Positions 1 to 8,971 are shown, counted from the stretch's first letter. The stretch: 15,327 nucleotides of DNA from Planctomycetota bacterium (GCA_045047305.1 JASFYO010000027.1:1-15327); one strand, 5' to 3'. Notes: generated from the sequence alone by a model not told the origin. Numbers and translations: made by a program.

Positions 1-1
1 A

Positions 2-1579
2 TGGATCTGGCAACATAAACGCGAAACTGAGGCCGCGGCCGACGCGGCCGGGATCAATCGCATTAGGGAGAATATTAAGAACGAGAGTGCCTTTTCCTTG
101 CGTATCTAGAGCAACCATAAATTTTGACCTTACAGGCCGACTGCTTTTTCGTAATCGCCAAAGCTGGTTCGTCAACTCGATCCGGCCGAAAGGGAGCATT
201 AGGATTTCATGTATTCCAAATTTGAGAAACCACTCATCAGAAGAAAACATGGCCTGATCGTTATATGCGCCAGGTGCTCCAGCCAGTAAGAAAACCTCTT
301 GATTGGCAAAGCGAGCCGTCGCATCGACATCCAAGGTCAGCAGCCCTCCAGTGCTTTGCGAAATCGCCTGTGTGCTTATCTGAAGATGAGGTTTCAAAGA
401 AAGAACCTCTACATTTTCTCTGCCATTACTGTTGGTTATATAGAGTGGATCTGGCTTGGAATCGCCATCGTAGTCATTCTGCCAATACACCCACTTGTTA
501 CTACGGCCTAACGTCCGGGTTCGTCCAAAAGGAAGGTGGCCAGTGATTTGCAGAAGCAAATTCTCTGATCGAACAAGCGAATAAATGCGGAAATACGATG
601 GGTTCGGCAAGAAAGCGCCGGAGGCCCCAGATTCTCCCCAAAAGGACAGATCCTCGACGCCATCGCCATCCCAGTCATAATGGAGAATGGGATAGCGAGA
701 AGATCTTTCGCTGTGATGGTGCCCTGGAATGAAACCTATCTGCACTGGAGGGGAACCCGTCCAGACCAACATGGGCACTCTTCCACCTGGGCTAATCCCG
801 GAAAAATACGCAAAATCATCGAACCCATCCCCGTTGACATCGCCAACGTAACTTAAACTATTCTCCTCCTGGGTCACTCCGTTAGGCAAAGTGAACAGAA
901 TGGTGTCGCTAGCCCCAGAGAAAGCAGAGGTCTGAAAAGATTTCTCCATAAAATAATCTGGAATGCCATCTCGATCCAAGTCCCCAGCCGGAAGGATGAA
1001 ATCCTTCCACCCAACATACGAATTTGGATTGCGCTGCAATGTGGATCCGTCCAAACCCGAAAGATGTACTATTTCTCCACCAGCAAGGGAGTGGGCAAAG
1101 TCCACAATGCCGTCTCCGTTTCTATCTCCTAAGGCAGCCGGTTTCCCGGTGAGATTGTTTGGTAGTGCAAAGTCACTGCGTTCCCACAAGATGGAACCAT
1201 CAAGGCCACTATGCGCAACAAGAGTGCCCGGAATGCCTGCCCCCCATTTGCGGAAGACAAAGTCAAGGAAGCCATCCTGATTCAAATCAAAAGGCATGGG
1301 TGCATCCTCCCCAACAAATCCGTGGATCGTAGGGCCAAGACTCCATTCCACCAGAGGCTGATTTAGAGCCAGCGAATAGATTTGAATAAACTCTTCACCG
1401 GCTAGGTTGTTTTGCCCACTGAAGTATTCAGCCACGCCATCGCCATCGATATCAGAAAGTTGCGCCAGCGGGAGTGGGATTCCCTCGCGGTCATATCGAA
1501 TCACTTGGCCGGATAAGGGCGCTGCGAAGCAAACCGTCAGGCAAAAGATTAGTAAATGGTGGAAAGATAGGCCTGTCAT
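2..1579 (-). CDS. Secreted FG-GAP/VCBS-repeat (integrin-alpha-like) beta-propeller protein with a C-terminal beta domain; 3' end runs off the window
   Basis: Translated by hand: ATG at 1579-1577, then 526 codons without a stop down to position 2. Signal-peptide-like start MTGLSFHHLLIFCLTVCFAAPLSG-Q. Seven Ca-binding DxDxDG-type motifs: DIDGDGVAE (aa 43), DLNQDGFLD (98), DRNGDGIVD (152), DLDRDGIPD (200), DVNGDGFDD (247), DWDGDGVED (302), DYDGDSKPD (369). Absent from the supplied ORF track. Confidence 0.9.
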   Translation of the reverse strand, partial: MTGLSFHHLLIFCLTVCFAAPLSGQVIRYDREGIPLPLAQLSDIDGDGVAEYFSGQNNLAGEEFIQIYSLALNQPLVEWSLGPTIHGFVGEDAPMPFDLNQDGFLDFVFRKWGAGIPGTLVAHSGLDGSILWERSDFALPNNLTGKPAALGDRNGDGIVDFAHSLAGGEIVHLSGLDGSTLQRNPNSYVGWKDFILPAGDLDRDGIPDYFMEKSFQTSAFSGASDTILFTLPNGVTQEENSLSYVGDVNGDGFDDFAYFSGISPGGRVPMLVWTGSPPVQIGFIPGHHHSERSSRYPILHYDWDGDGVEDLSFWGESGASGAFLPNPSYFRIYSLVRSENLLLQITGHLPFGRTRTLGRSNKWVYWQNDYDGDSKPDPLYITNSNGRENVEVLSLKPHLQISTQAISQSTGGLLTLDVDATARFANQEVFLLAGAPGAYNDQAMFSSDEWFLKFGIHEILMLPFGRIELTNQLWRLRKSSRPVRSKFMVALDTQGKGTLVLNILPNAIDPGRVGRGLSFAFMLPDP

Positions 1580-1588
1580 GATGATTAC

Positions 1589-1594
1589 AGTCTA
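1589..1594 (-). promoter_or_regulatory. Candidate -10 box TAGACT, 9 nt upstream of the FG-GAP gene ATG
   Basis: Minus strand reads gtg-TAGACT-gtaatcatc-ATG; no SD. Confidence 0.4.
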
Positions 1595-1646
1595 CACGGT
1601 TTCTTTCGTTTTGGCTTTCCACGACAAGGCAATCTCCCGGAACACC

Positions 1647-3050
1647 CTAATCCAAGGCTGCAAATGGGTCCCAATCAATCGCTTCAAATCCACAGGTAAA
1701 GTGACGCAAAGCTGGGGCCTCATCTCGAATGCGTAAACCGCCAAGTTTCTCACGATGATCAAAAACGTAACGCACGACCTCCACCACATAATCCATATGC
1801 GATTGCGTGTACACCCGGCGTGGAATCGCTAAGCGAACAAGATCCATCGCCCCTGGAATCTGCGTCCCATCGGCAGCTGTACGCCCGAACATGACAGTCC
1901 CGATTTCGCAAGCGCGTACGCCTCCCTCAAGGAACATCGCGACACTAATGGCCTGCCCTGGCAACTCCGAAGCTGGCACGTGCGGTAAAAACCCGCGTGC
2001 ATCGAGGTACACCGCATGCCCCCCAGCAGGGCGCAGCAAAGGGACACCAGCTTCATCCAAATTACGCCAAACATAATGCGTACTGCGAATTCGATACTCC
2101 AAATAATCTTCCGCCAAGACTTCTTCCAAGCCAACGGCCAGTGCTTCTAAATCGCGACCTGCTAATCCGCCATAGGTTGGAAAGCCTTCGGTGAGGATAA
2201 GGATATTGCGGCATTGCTCTGCCAGGGCGTCATCCTTTAACGCAAGAAAACCACCGATGTTGCCAAAGGCATCTTTCTTTGCCGACATCCAGGTGCCATC
2301 GGCAAGCCGGAACATTTCCTGTGCAATCTCTTTCGGGCTGCGTTGACTCTGACCTTCTTCGCGCTCGTGAATGAACCAAGCATTTTCAGCAAATCGTGCG
2401 CAGTCCAAAAACAGAGGCGTGTTATAGCGATTGCAGACTGCACGTACACGGCGCATGTTTTCCAGGGAAACCGGTTGCCCGCCACCAGAGTTATTCGTAA
2501 TGGTGACCACAACCAGGGGAACGGTGTCGGCATCACGCGACAACAATCGGTCCAAGGCTGCTACGTCCATGTTGCCCTTAAACGGATGCTCCGTCACCGG
2601 CGATCGACCTTCTTCAATCACCATGTCTACAGCTGAAGCACCGCTGGCTTCGACATTCGCGCGCGTTGTATCGAAGTGTGTATTGGCAGGAATGGTTTTT
2701 CCCTCGCCGCCAACCACGCTAAACAGAATGCGCTCCGCCGCGCGCCCCTGGTGGACTGGAATCACATGGTGCATGCCAGTCAAATCGCGCACCACGTCGC
2801 GGAAGCGAAAAAAGGAACTAGCCCCCGCATAGGACTCATCGCCACGGAAAATCGCCGACCACTGCTCCTGACTCATGGCAGAAGTCCCAGAGTCCGTCAT
2901 CAAATCGATTGTGACTTCACGTGCGCGGACCGAAAACAGGTTCAACCGGGCTTCCGACAAGGCGGCGGCGCGCTGTGCACGGGTACGGACTGGAAGAGGT
3001 TCGACCACTTTCACGCGGAAGGGTTCAATGATGGTTTTGGGCTGGAACAT
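1647..3050 (-). CDS. tnaA: Tryptophanase (tryptophan indole-lyase), PLP-dependent beta-eliminating lyase
   Basis: EPFRVKVVE, IDLMTDSGT, GDESYAG, HQGRAAE, DCARFAEN, SAKKD (PLP lysine), GFPTYGGLAGRD, RLAIPRRVYT. Specificity positions are tryptophanase-type rather than tyrosine phenol-lyase-type: HFDTT (Asp, TPL has Thr), CEIG (Ile, TPL has Arg in ERG), LRHFT (His, TPL has Phe). Confidence 0.92.
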   Translation of the reverse strand: MFQPKTIIEPFRVKVVEPLPVRTRAQRAAALSEARLNLFSVRAREVTIDLMTDSGTSAMSQEQWSAIFRGDESYAGASSFFRFRDVVRDLTGMHHVIPVHQGRAAERILFSVVGGEGKTIPANTHFDTTRANVEASGASAVDMVIEEGRSPVTEHPFKGNMDVAALDRLLSRDADTVPLVVVTITNNSGGGQPVSLENMRRVRAVCNRYNTPLFLDCARFAENAWFIHEREEGQSQRSPKEIAQEMFRLADGTWMSAKKDAFGNIGGFLALKDDALAEQCRNILILTEGFPTYGGLAGRDLEALAVGLEEVLAEDYLEYRIRSTHYVWRNLDEAGVPLLRPAGGHAVYLDARGFLPHVPASELPGQAISVAMFLEGGVRACEIGTVMFGRTAADGTQIPGAMDLVRLAIPRRVYTQSHMDYVVEVVRYVFDHREKLGGLRIRDEAPALRHFTCGFEAIDWDPFAALD

Positions 3051-3181
3051 GTCACGGTTGTATGAGAATTTAAGAGCTTATTATCTCTTGGATTCGACAC
3101 AGAACCATCAAATTGCGTGACAAAAGTACTCAAACCGCCTATTTTCTCCCTCCCGGAGTCCAATTCTCCGATAAATCCGTG

Positions 3182-5212
3182 ATGCTGCCTCTCCTCCTCT
3201 CCTTAGCCCTCAACTTGGTGCCCTGCCAAGCGGCTGAGACCCCACAGGCCGAACCCACCATTTCTACTGCTCCTCTTGATGAGCAACTGGAAGACTTCCA
3301 CCAATTACGCCGCCAGGGTCTTACGGACCCCAAAGAAGCCATCTCCCGCCTACACAGCATTGGACGGATTGGCTCCAAGGACGCGGTCGACGCCCTGCTC
3401 CACCTGATTCCAAAGCTAGACGGGGAACTGCAACTAGCTGCGGTTCATGCTGTGACGCTGAACGGCAGCGACTATGCGCACGATAAGTTGCGCTTCCTTT
3501 CTCGTTCCCGCACCCAACCCGATGTGCGACGTCAGGCGTGTATCGATTTGGCCAAAGGCAGCGCAGACGACCTCAAATATTTGCGTGACAGCCGGCTCAA
3601 AAAAGAGAAAGACTTGCAGATTCGCGGTGAAGTGCTGCGTAATTTGATTGACCTCGATTACCCCAAGCTCGACAAAGTGGTGTTGAAGGCTGCCAAATCG
3701 AAGGACAATCTTTACGCCGGAGTTGGCGTTTATGGGATTGGGAAATTGCACTTGGAACGTGGCTTGCGCACGGTTGAGAGCTACCTCACAAGCCCCGACA
3801 TTCAACTGCGGTTGGAGTCCTTTCGTGCACTCACAACTTTTGGTGGCGAGGAAAGTTTCCGCACCTTATTGAGCGCTTATGCTCACGCCAACAACCTCGC
3901 TCTACGCCCCGATATCAAAATTCTTCTCGAACGCGCCACCACTATCCCTGAGGTGAACGTGCTAATCCGAGAAGGCCTCACCCATGAAAATCTCGAGGTC
4001 GTGGGAGCCTCAGCCAGCGCACTTTCTATTGCAGCGGAACGTCAGCCCGAACTCGCCGCGCCAGCCTTATTAAAGCTACTCGACCATAGCAATGAACGCA
4101 TACGGGATTACGCCATCGAAGGGCTAGTACGCGCGCACCCTGACTCGGTAGTCGAAGTATTACTAACCCAGCTTGGGAACGACAGCCCACGTACACGCAC
4201 CACTGCTGCTTGGGCGCTTTCACAAATCGGCGATCTACCCGCAAGCTTAGCAGCACACCTTTTACTCTTAATCAATGACTCGCGTTCAGCCATACGGCTC
4301 CACGTAGTCACCGCGCTGCGCCGTTTTCCTGCTTCTAATGAAGCGTTTCAGGGCGCCCTCCACATGTTGCAGGACTCGCAGTGGTCGGTACGGGCAGCCG
4401 CAGTGGAAACGTTGGTGCAATTCCGCCGTACGGAATCTATCGGACCCTTGGTAGATCGTGTCGACGCGGAACTTGGCCGAGTCCAAGATGATGCCGTGGA
4501 AGCCCTGTGTCAGTTGAGTGGTGAAGACTTCGGCCCAGCGCGCAACATCTGGCGCAAATGGTATGAAGACTTGCCGCAAGACTATGTCTTGCCAGACCGT
4601 GCAACAGCTGAAGAGCACTTAGCCAAGCGTCGTGAGCGCCAGGCAAAAGGCCACGACTCCATTGCCACCAGTGTCTATCACGGAATTCAAGTTCCAAAAG
4701 GTGGAGTTGTATTCGTGATGGATATCAGTGGTTCCATGATGGAGCCTTATGGCGATGGAGAAACCTTTTATCAGCACTTCTCCAATGCGCTCATCGACAC
4801 CATCGCCATGTTGAATGATCAAACCCAATTCAACATCATTCTCTTTTCCGGTGGAGTCAAACAGTGGAAAGAAACGCTGGTCGATGGCACGCAAGAGAAC
4901 GCGCAAGAGGCACGCATCTTCCTTGAAGATGTGCGACCGGAAGGACCAACCAATCTTTACTCTGCCTTGATGACGGCCCTCGAGTTCGAAGATGTGCAAA
5001 CCATTTTCTTACTTACCGACGGCGACCCCACCTTTGGCCGTGTAGTCCTTCCCGACGCAATCTTGGTAGAACTAGAACGCGCAAACCGTGACCGCAAAGT
5101 TGTCATCAACACCATTGCAGCCGGCGACGTGCGTGCTGAGTTTCTTGCCGAACTCGCCAATGACAATGGCGGATCCGCGGTCGATCTTACCGAGAATGCG
5201 AAGAAAGACTAG
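3182..5212 (+). CDS. Probably exported HEAT/PBS-repeat protein with C-terminal von Willebrand A (VWA) domain
   Basis: Open frame 3113-5212; preferred start ATG 3182 gives signal-like MLPLLLSLALNLVPCQA. Repeated HEAT units (LLDHSNERIRDYAIEGL, LGNDSPRTRTTAAWAL, LQDSQWSVRAAAVETL). VWA MIDAS residues DISGS (4721-4735), GPTNL and LTDGDP. Confidence 0.85.
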   Translation: MLPLLLSLALNLVPCQAAETPQAEPTISTAPLDEQLEDFHQLRRQGLTDPKEAISRLHSIGRIGSKDAVDALLHLIPKLDGELQLAAVHAVTLNGSDYAHDKLRFLSRSRTQPDVRRQACIDLAKGSADDLKYLRDSRLKKEKDLQIRGEVLRNLIDLDYPKLDKVVLKAAKSKDNLYAGVGVYGIGKLHLERGLRTVESYLTSPDIQLRLESFRALTTFGGEESFRTLLSAYAHANNLALRPDIKILLERATTIPEVNVLIREGLTHENLEVVGASASALSIAAERQPELAAPALLKLLDHSNERIRDYAIEGLVRAHPDSVVEVLLTQLGNDSPRTRTTAAWALSQIGDLPASLAAHLLLLINDSRSAIRLHVVTALRRFPASNEAFQGALHMLQDSQWSVRAAAVETLVQFRRTESIGPLVDRVDAELGRVQDDAVEALCQLSGEDFGPARNIWRKWYEDLPQDYVLPDRATAEEHLAKRRERQAKGHDSIATSVYHGIQVPKGGVVFVMDISGSMMEPYGDGETFYQHFSNALIDTIAMLNDQTQFNIILFSGGVKQWKETLVDGTQENAQEARIFLEDVRPEGPTNLYSALMTALEFEDVQTIFLLTDGDPTFGRVVLPDAILVELERANRDRKVVINTIAAGDVRAEFLAELANDNGGSAVDLTENAKKD

Positions 5213-5221
5213 CCGCAGGCG

Positions 5222-7450
5222 TTAGAGCGGATCGACTGTTACGCCCTGCTTCTGGCATAACCCGTAAAGTACTTCACGCATCGCGTAGAGTCCTTCACGG
5301 TCAGTTTTAATCAGAATCTGACGCCGGATACGTCCGCGTAACTTTTCCACCGGAGGCACAGAGGGTCCAAGGATTTTGGTCCTTCCTGTCATGCAAGCGC
5401 GCAAATCGACCGCCGCTTCCTCCGATGCCGTTTCCACCCGCTGCCGGTGTTCCGCCTCAAAAGTAATACGCATGGCTTTTCCATAAGGTGGATAACCAAA
5501 CAGCTTGCGTTCTTCCAATTCCTTCTGCGCAAATCCAACATAGTCGTGCTTGGATGCGGCACGGATCGCCGGATGGTCTGGAATCCAAGTCTGTACCACC
5601 ACATTTCCCCCACGCGAACTGCGACCGGCGCGACCGGCAACTTGTGCGATGAGATTAAAGCAACGCTCACTGGCGCGGAAGTCGGGATGGTGCAATGCCG
5701 TATCCGCATTCAGCACTCCAACTAAAGTGACCTCTGGGAAGTCCAATCCTTTGGCAACCATTTGCGTGCCAAGCAGAATATCCTTTTTGCCTGCACCGAA
5801 ATCGGCAAGGACCTCCTCATAAGATTCGCGGCGCAACATAGTGTCGCGATCCATGCGAGCTAAGCGTGCATGTGGAAACAAGCGCTGCACCGTATCTTCT
5901 GCCCGCTCCGTGCCCACGCCAACCATATCAACCGGACGACCGCAACCGGTGCAAACTTGAGGTGGCGCTTCTTCATGTAAACAGTAATGGCAAATCGCCT
6001 TCTTGCGCCAACGATGGTAAGTCAAAGCGACATCGCAGGTTTTACACTGCACACTTCCACCACAACTCTTGCAGTGCCAAGCGGGAGCAAATCCGCGTTG
6101 ATTCAAAAACAGAATAGCGCGCTCTTTTCGCTTAAGCACTTTGTCCAATGCTTGAGCCAACGGTTGTGAAATCACTAACCACTTACCCTTCTCCGGTTTT
6201 TGCACTCGCATGTCTACCACATGAATGGTCGGCAAAACACCGCCGGCGACACGCTCACGTAGCTCTAGCAAACGCAAGCCACCAGGCTCCATCGCTGCGG
6301 ACCATGACTCCAACGCCGGAGTTGCACTGCCAAGAATGCAAATCGCTTCTTCTAAACGGCAACGCTCCAATGCGACATCACGGGCGTGATAACGCGGAGT
6401 CGATTCTTGCTTGAAGGAAGACTCGTGCTCTTCATCCAAAATAATCAAACCCAGCTTGGGCATGGGCGCAAACAATGCAGAACGTGCGCCTACTACCACG
6501 CGGACGCGGCCTTCACGGATCGCAAGCCATTGGTCATGACGCTCGGCGTCGGTGAGGCCGGAGTGCAGTACAGCCACTTGCCCACAACGCGCACGGAAAC
6601 GCGATACGGTTTGCGGCGTAAGAGCAATTTCTGGCACCAACACAATGGCACCACGCCCTTGTGCAAGACAATGCTCCAAGGCATGAAGATAAACTTCGGT
6701 CTTGCCGGAACCGGTGATACCAAAAAGTAGGAATGCATCGTAGACCTCGCGGTCGAGAGCAGCATTCACTTCTTCCACACAAGTATCCTGTGCACAAGTT
6801 AACTGAGGTGGCGTATCGCGATCCGCTCCGACACCGGCAAAGGGATCGAGCACTTCTTGCTTACTTCCAAACTTCACCCAGCCTTTTTTAGCCAAGGTGT
6901 CTAACGGAGATTTAGTCAATCCAGTACGGTTCCTGAATTCTCGCACCTCCATCGGACCGCCAGCTTTCTGCAAATAAGCCACGGCCTTTGCTTGCTTGGG
7001 GAACTTCTTTTCTAACGACTCCAGTTCCTCGGCCTCGACTTCCTTTACCAACTCCACCGTTGCGATTTTTCGCCGTGGCCGGTCCCTGCGCAAAGCCGCT
7101 GGCAACATAGTTGAAAGTGCTTGTCCCCAGGAGCAAAAAGTGTCATCGGCAATGCGGTGCGCTAAACGTAAAAGCGCTGGCGTAAGCAGTGGTTCCCCAT
7201 CTAAATTTGCATGCAGAGATTTAATCCGGTCGGGCGGGACGTCGGCAGGGGCGTGATCGTCCACCGCTACTACAACGCCAACGCTTTCACGGCGCCCAAA
7301 GGGAACCCGCACGCGGCAGCCTGCCTCTAAGGGCTCGCAGGACTCCGGAACGTGATAAGCGAACTCACGGCGCACTGGAGTATCCAATGCAACCTGTGCG
7401 TATCGCCCTTCCGGTGCGCCAAACAACGAGCCCTGAAACCCCACCACCAT
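5222..7450 (-). CDS. priA: Primosomal protein N' (replication restart helicase PriA)
   Basis: N-terminal RVRVPFG 3'-binding domain, Walker A GITGSGKT, LVPEIALTPQ, DEEH, SATP, four CxxC pairs (CKSC, CKTC, CHYC, CTGC), GTQMVAKGLDFP, QVAGRAGR. Confidence 0.97.
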   Translation of the reverse strand: MVVGFQGSLFGAPEGRYAQVALDTPVRREFAYHVPESCEPLEAGCRVRVPFGRRESVGVVVAVDDHAPADVPPDRIKSLHANLDGEPLLTPALLRLAHRIADDTFCSWGQALSTMLPAALRRDRPRRKIATVELVKEVEAEELESLEKKFPKQAKAVAYLQKAGGPMEVREFRNRTGLTKSPLDTLAKKGWVKFGSKQEVLDPFAGVGADRDTPPQLTCAQDTCVEEVNAALDREVYDAFLLFGITGSGKTEVYLHALEHCLAQGRGAIVLVPEIALTPQTVSRFRARCGQVAVLHSGLTDAERHDQWLAIREGRVRVVVGARSALFAPMPKLGLIILDEEHESSFKQESTPRYHARDVALERCRLEEAICILGSATPALESWSAAMEPGGLRLLELRERVAGGVLPTIHVVDMRVQKPEKGKWLVISQPLAQALDKVLKRKERAILFLNQRGFAPAWHCKSCGGSVQCKTCDVALTYHRWRKKAICHYCLHEEAPPQVCTGCGRPVDMVGVGTERAEDTVQRLFPHARLARMDRDTMLRRESYEEVLADFGAGKKDILLGTQMVAKGLDFPEVTLVGVLNADTALHHPDFRASERCFNLIAQVAGRAGRSSRGGNVVVQTWIPDHPAIRAASKHDYVGFAQKELEERKLFGYPPYGKAMRITFEAEHRQRVETASEEAAVDLRACMTGRTKILGPSVPPVEKLRGRIRRQILIKTDREGLYAMREVLYGLCQKQGVTVDPL

Positions 7451-7456
7451 GCGGGG

Positions 7457-7462
7457 ATTGTA
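7457..7462 (-). promoter_or_regulatory. Candidate -10 box TACAAT, 6 nt upstream of the priA ATG
   Basis: Minus strand reads TACAAT-ccccgc-ATG; no SD. Confidence 0.55.
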
Positions 7463-7485
7463 TCTAGGCCGATGACAGCTCCCTA

Positions 7486-8958
7486 CTACATCGGATTAAG
7501 ATTCTCGTCGTATGCTTCCAATAATTCACTATCGGTGAAGGTCGCATCGTTTCGACCAATCCAAGGCTCCATCGCCGCAGCATCGAGGACCATCGGGTCA
7601 GTCAACGCTTCCAAGAAAGCCACCAGATCCAGCACTTGTTGATCCGAAATCACCAAGGAAGGTGGCAGCAAGGTAACGCCTGATGCGCGTTGACTGCTCA
7701 GCTCTGCGAGCACGTCGTTGGTGTTTTCCACGCACCCAACAGTCTGAGTTCCAGGAGGTAACGCATTAAGGTTAAAGCTTTGCCATCCGGTTTCAGGACT
7801 CATGTGATAGCGTACCAATTGACTCAAGCTCTGGAAGGCTCCATCGTGCGACCAAGGCCCGGTCACCTCGACATTAATCAAGCTAGGCGTGCGGAAGGCA
7901 TAGCGGTCTTCGCGCAATCCAGTTACCCGCTCCCTGCCAAAATCTGCATGGCTATTACTACCAGTTACGGAATCCCCCTTGCCGCGACCAAGTTGGGGGA
8001 AACCAACTAAATGGAATTCTTCGTCGGTGAAAAAGTCTCCACTGTGACAACTCACACAAGAAAATCCACCTGCTGAGGGTTGGTCATAAAACAGAACCGC
8101 CCCCCGCTTTGCTGATTCCGTGATTGCGGAAGTTTGTCCACCGACAAAAGCCTTCCACGGTGTGTCGAGGAAGACTTGGCTATCTTCATAGGCGCCGATG
8201 GCCTCGACAATATTAGGGAAGATAATGAGCTGCTCAGCAGTACCCGTGGGTTGAGCAAATGCAGTGCGGAATAAGGGCAACCAATTCTCGCCTATTTCGC
8301 CCGCGCCAATGCCATAGGATCCAAGCCGAGCGGCCAAATGATTGCGCACATCTTGGGTGCCACCGCCATTTTCAAAAGCAAAGCCACGCATTTCTTCAGA
8401 GGATGTAATAGGGAATCTTGCCTGGGCTTCCGACAAACTATTTCCGGCAAGACCATCGACCTGCGGGAAGCCAACGCTATCCGGAGTATTGATGCCGCCG
8501 TTCACTGCGCCGATGCGCCCATCCCAGAACAAACTCTTCTTCCACAAAAACACATTCAGGGTCGTTGGTGAATTCCGCGGTACCGTTGGACCGCCATCAA
8601 ATCCAGGAGCCGAGGCTAAGTGAGCGCGGCCGGGGCCAAGCAAGGCGTCATCTACAGCGTCAACTCCAATCGGCAGAAGCAGCGCATCGCCGCCGCCAAG
8701 AACTGGGTGATGGCAACTCGCGCATGCGGAATTAAAATCACCGCCCAAGGATTTGCTAAAGAAAAGTCTCTTCCCTAAATCAGCGAGAGGGCTTTCAATC
8801 GAGGGAGGAATAGCCCCGTCGAGGGGATTTCCATCGAGCTGATTTGCGGTGATTAAATCACTGAGAAGCGTATTCAAGTTCGCTTCCGAGTTCGTACTTT
8901 TACATGCCACGAGGGAGAGCAGGCAGAAGATGGGGGTAACAGCAGCTGCGGTCTTCAT
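7486..8958 (-). CDS. Di-heme cytochrome c peroxidase / MauG superfamily lipoprotein
   Basis: Two heme motifs CASCH (8710-8724) and CVSCH (8044-8058); LGKRLFFSKSL, RNSPT, LFWDGR (inter-heme Trp), QARFPITSSEEM, FRTPSLINV-TGPWSHDG, LVAFLEALTD. Start moved from 9021 to ATG 8958, which gives lipobox LVA-C19 and removes the overlap with the divergent gene. Confidence 0.9.
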   Translation of the reverse strand: MKTAAAVTPIFCLLSLVACKSTNSEANLNTLLSDLITANQLDGNPLDGAIPPSIESPLADLGKRLFFSKSLGGDFNSACASCHHPVLGGGDALLLPIGVDAVDDALLGPGRAHLASAPGFDGGPTVPRNSPTTLNVFLWKKSLFWDGRIGAVNGGINTPDSVGFPQVDGLAGNSLSEAQARFPITSSEEMRGFAFENGGGTQDVRNHLAARLGSYGIGAGEIGENWLPLFRTAFAQPTGTAEQLIIFPNIVEAIGAYEDSQVFLDTPWKAFVGGQTSAITESAKRGAVLFYDQPSAGGFSCVSCHSGDFFTDEEFHLVGFPQLGRGKGDSVTGSNSHADFGRERVTGLREDRYAFRTPSLINVEVTGPWSHDGAFQSLSQLVRYHMSPETGWQSFNLNALPPGTQTVGCVENTNDVLAELSSQRASGVTLLPPSLVISDQQVLDLVAFLEALTDPMVLDAAAMEPWIGRNDATFTDSELLEAYDENLNPM

Positions 8959-8965
8959 GTTTTCG

Positions 8966-8971
8966 ATTCTA
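8966..8971 (-). promoter_or_regulatory. Candidate -10 box TAGAAT, 7 nt upstream of the di-heme gene ATG
   Basis: Minus strand reads TAGAAT-cgaaaac-ATG; no SD. Confidence 0.55.

Noticed and set aside
1..1600. Apparently lower GC of the FG-GAP gene as a sign of horizontal transfer
   Set aside because: Impression only, not computed; no integrase, tRNA or flanking repeats.
265..1736. Plus-strand ORFs 265-546, 299-511, 963-1280, 1407-1736
   Set aside because: Antisense shadows of the FG-GAP gene (and the tnaA end); no recognisable motifs.
1647..3050. Tyrosine phenol-lyase (tpl) call
   Set aside because: The three diagnostic positions (Asp, Ile, His) are tryptophanase-type.
3113..3181. ORF-track start at 3113 for the HEAT-VWA gene
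   Set aside because: TTG start with a non-signal extension; ATG 3182 (or GTG 3179) places the hydrophobic signal at the N-terminus.
5621..5640. Short direct repeat GCGACCG(GC) in priA
   Set aside because: Simply encodes helicase motif VI (AGRAGR).
7486..8958. Calling the gene mauG or mbnH, or linking it to tnaA as a tryptophan-modification pathway
   Set aside because: No methylamine dehydrogenase or MbnP genes, the Tyr ligand position appears to be His, and priA plus another gene separate it from tnaA.
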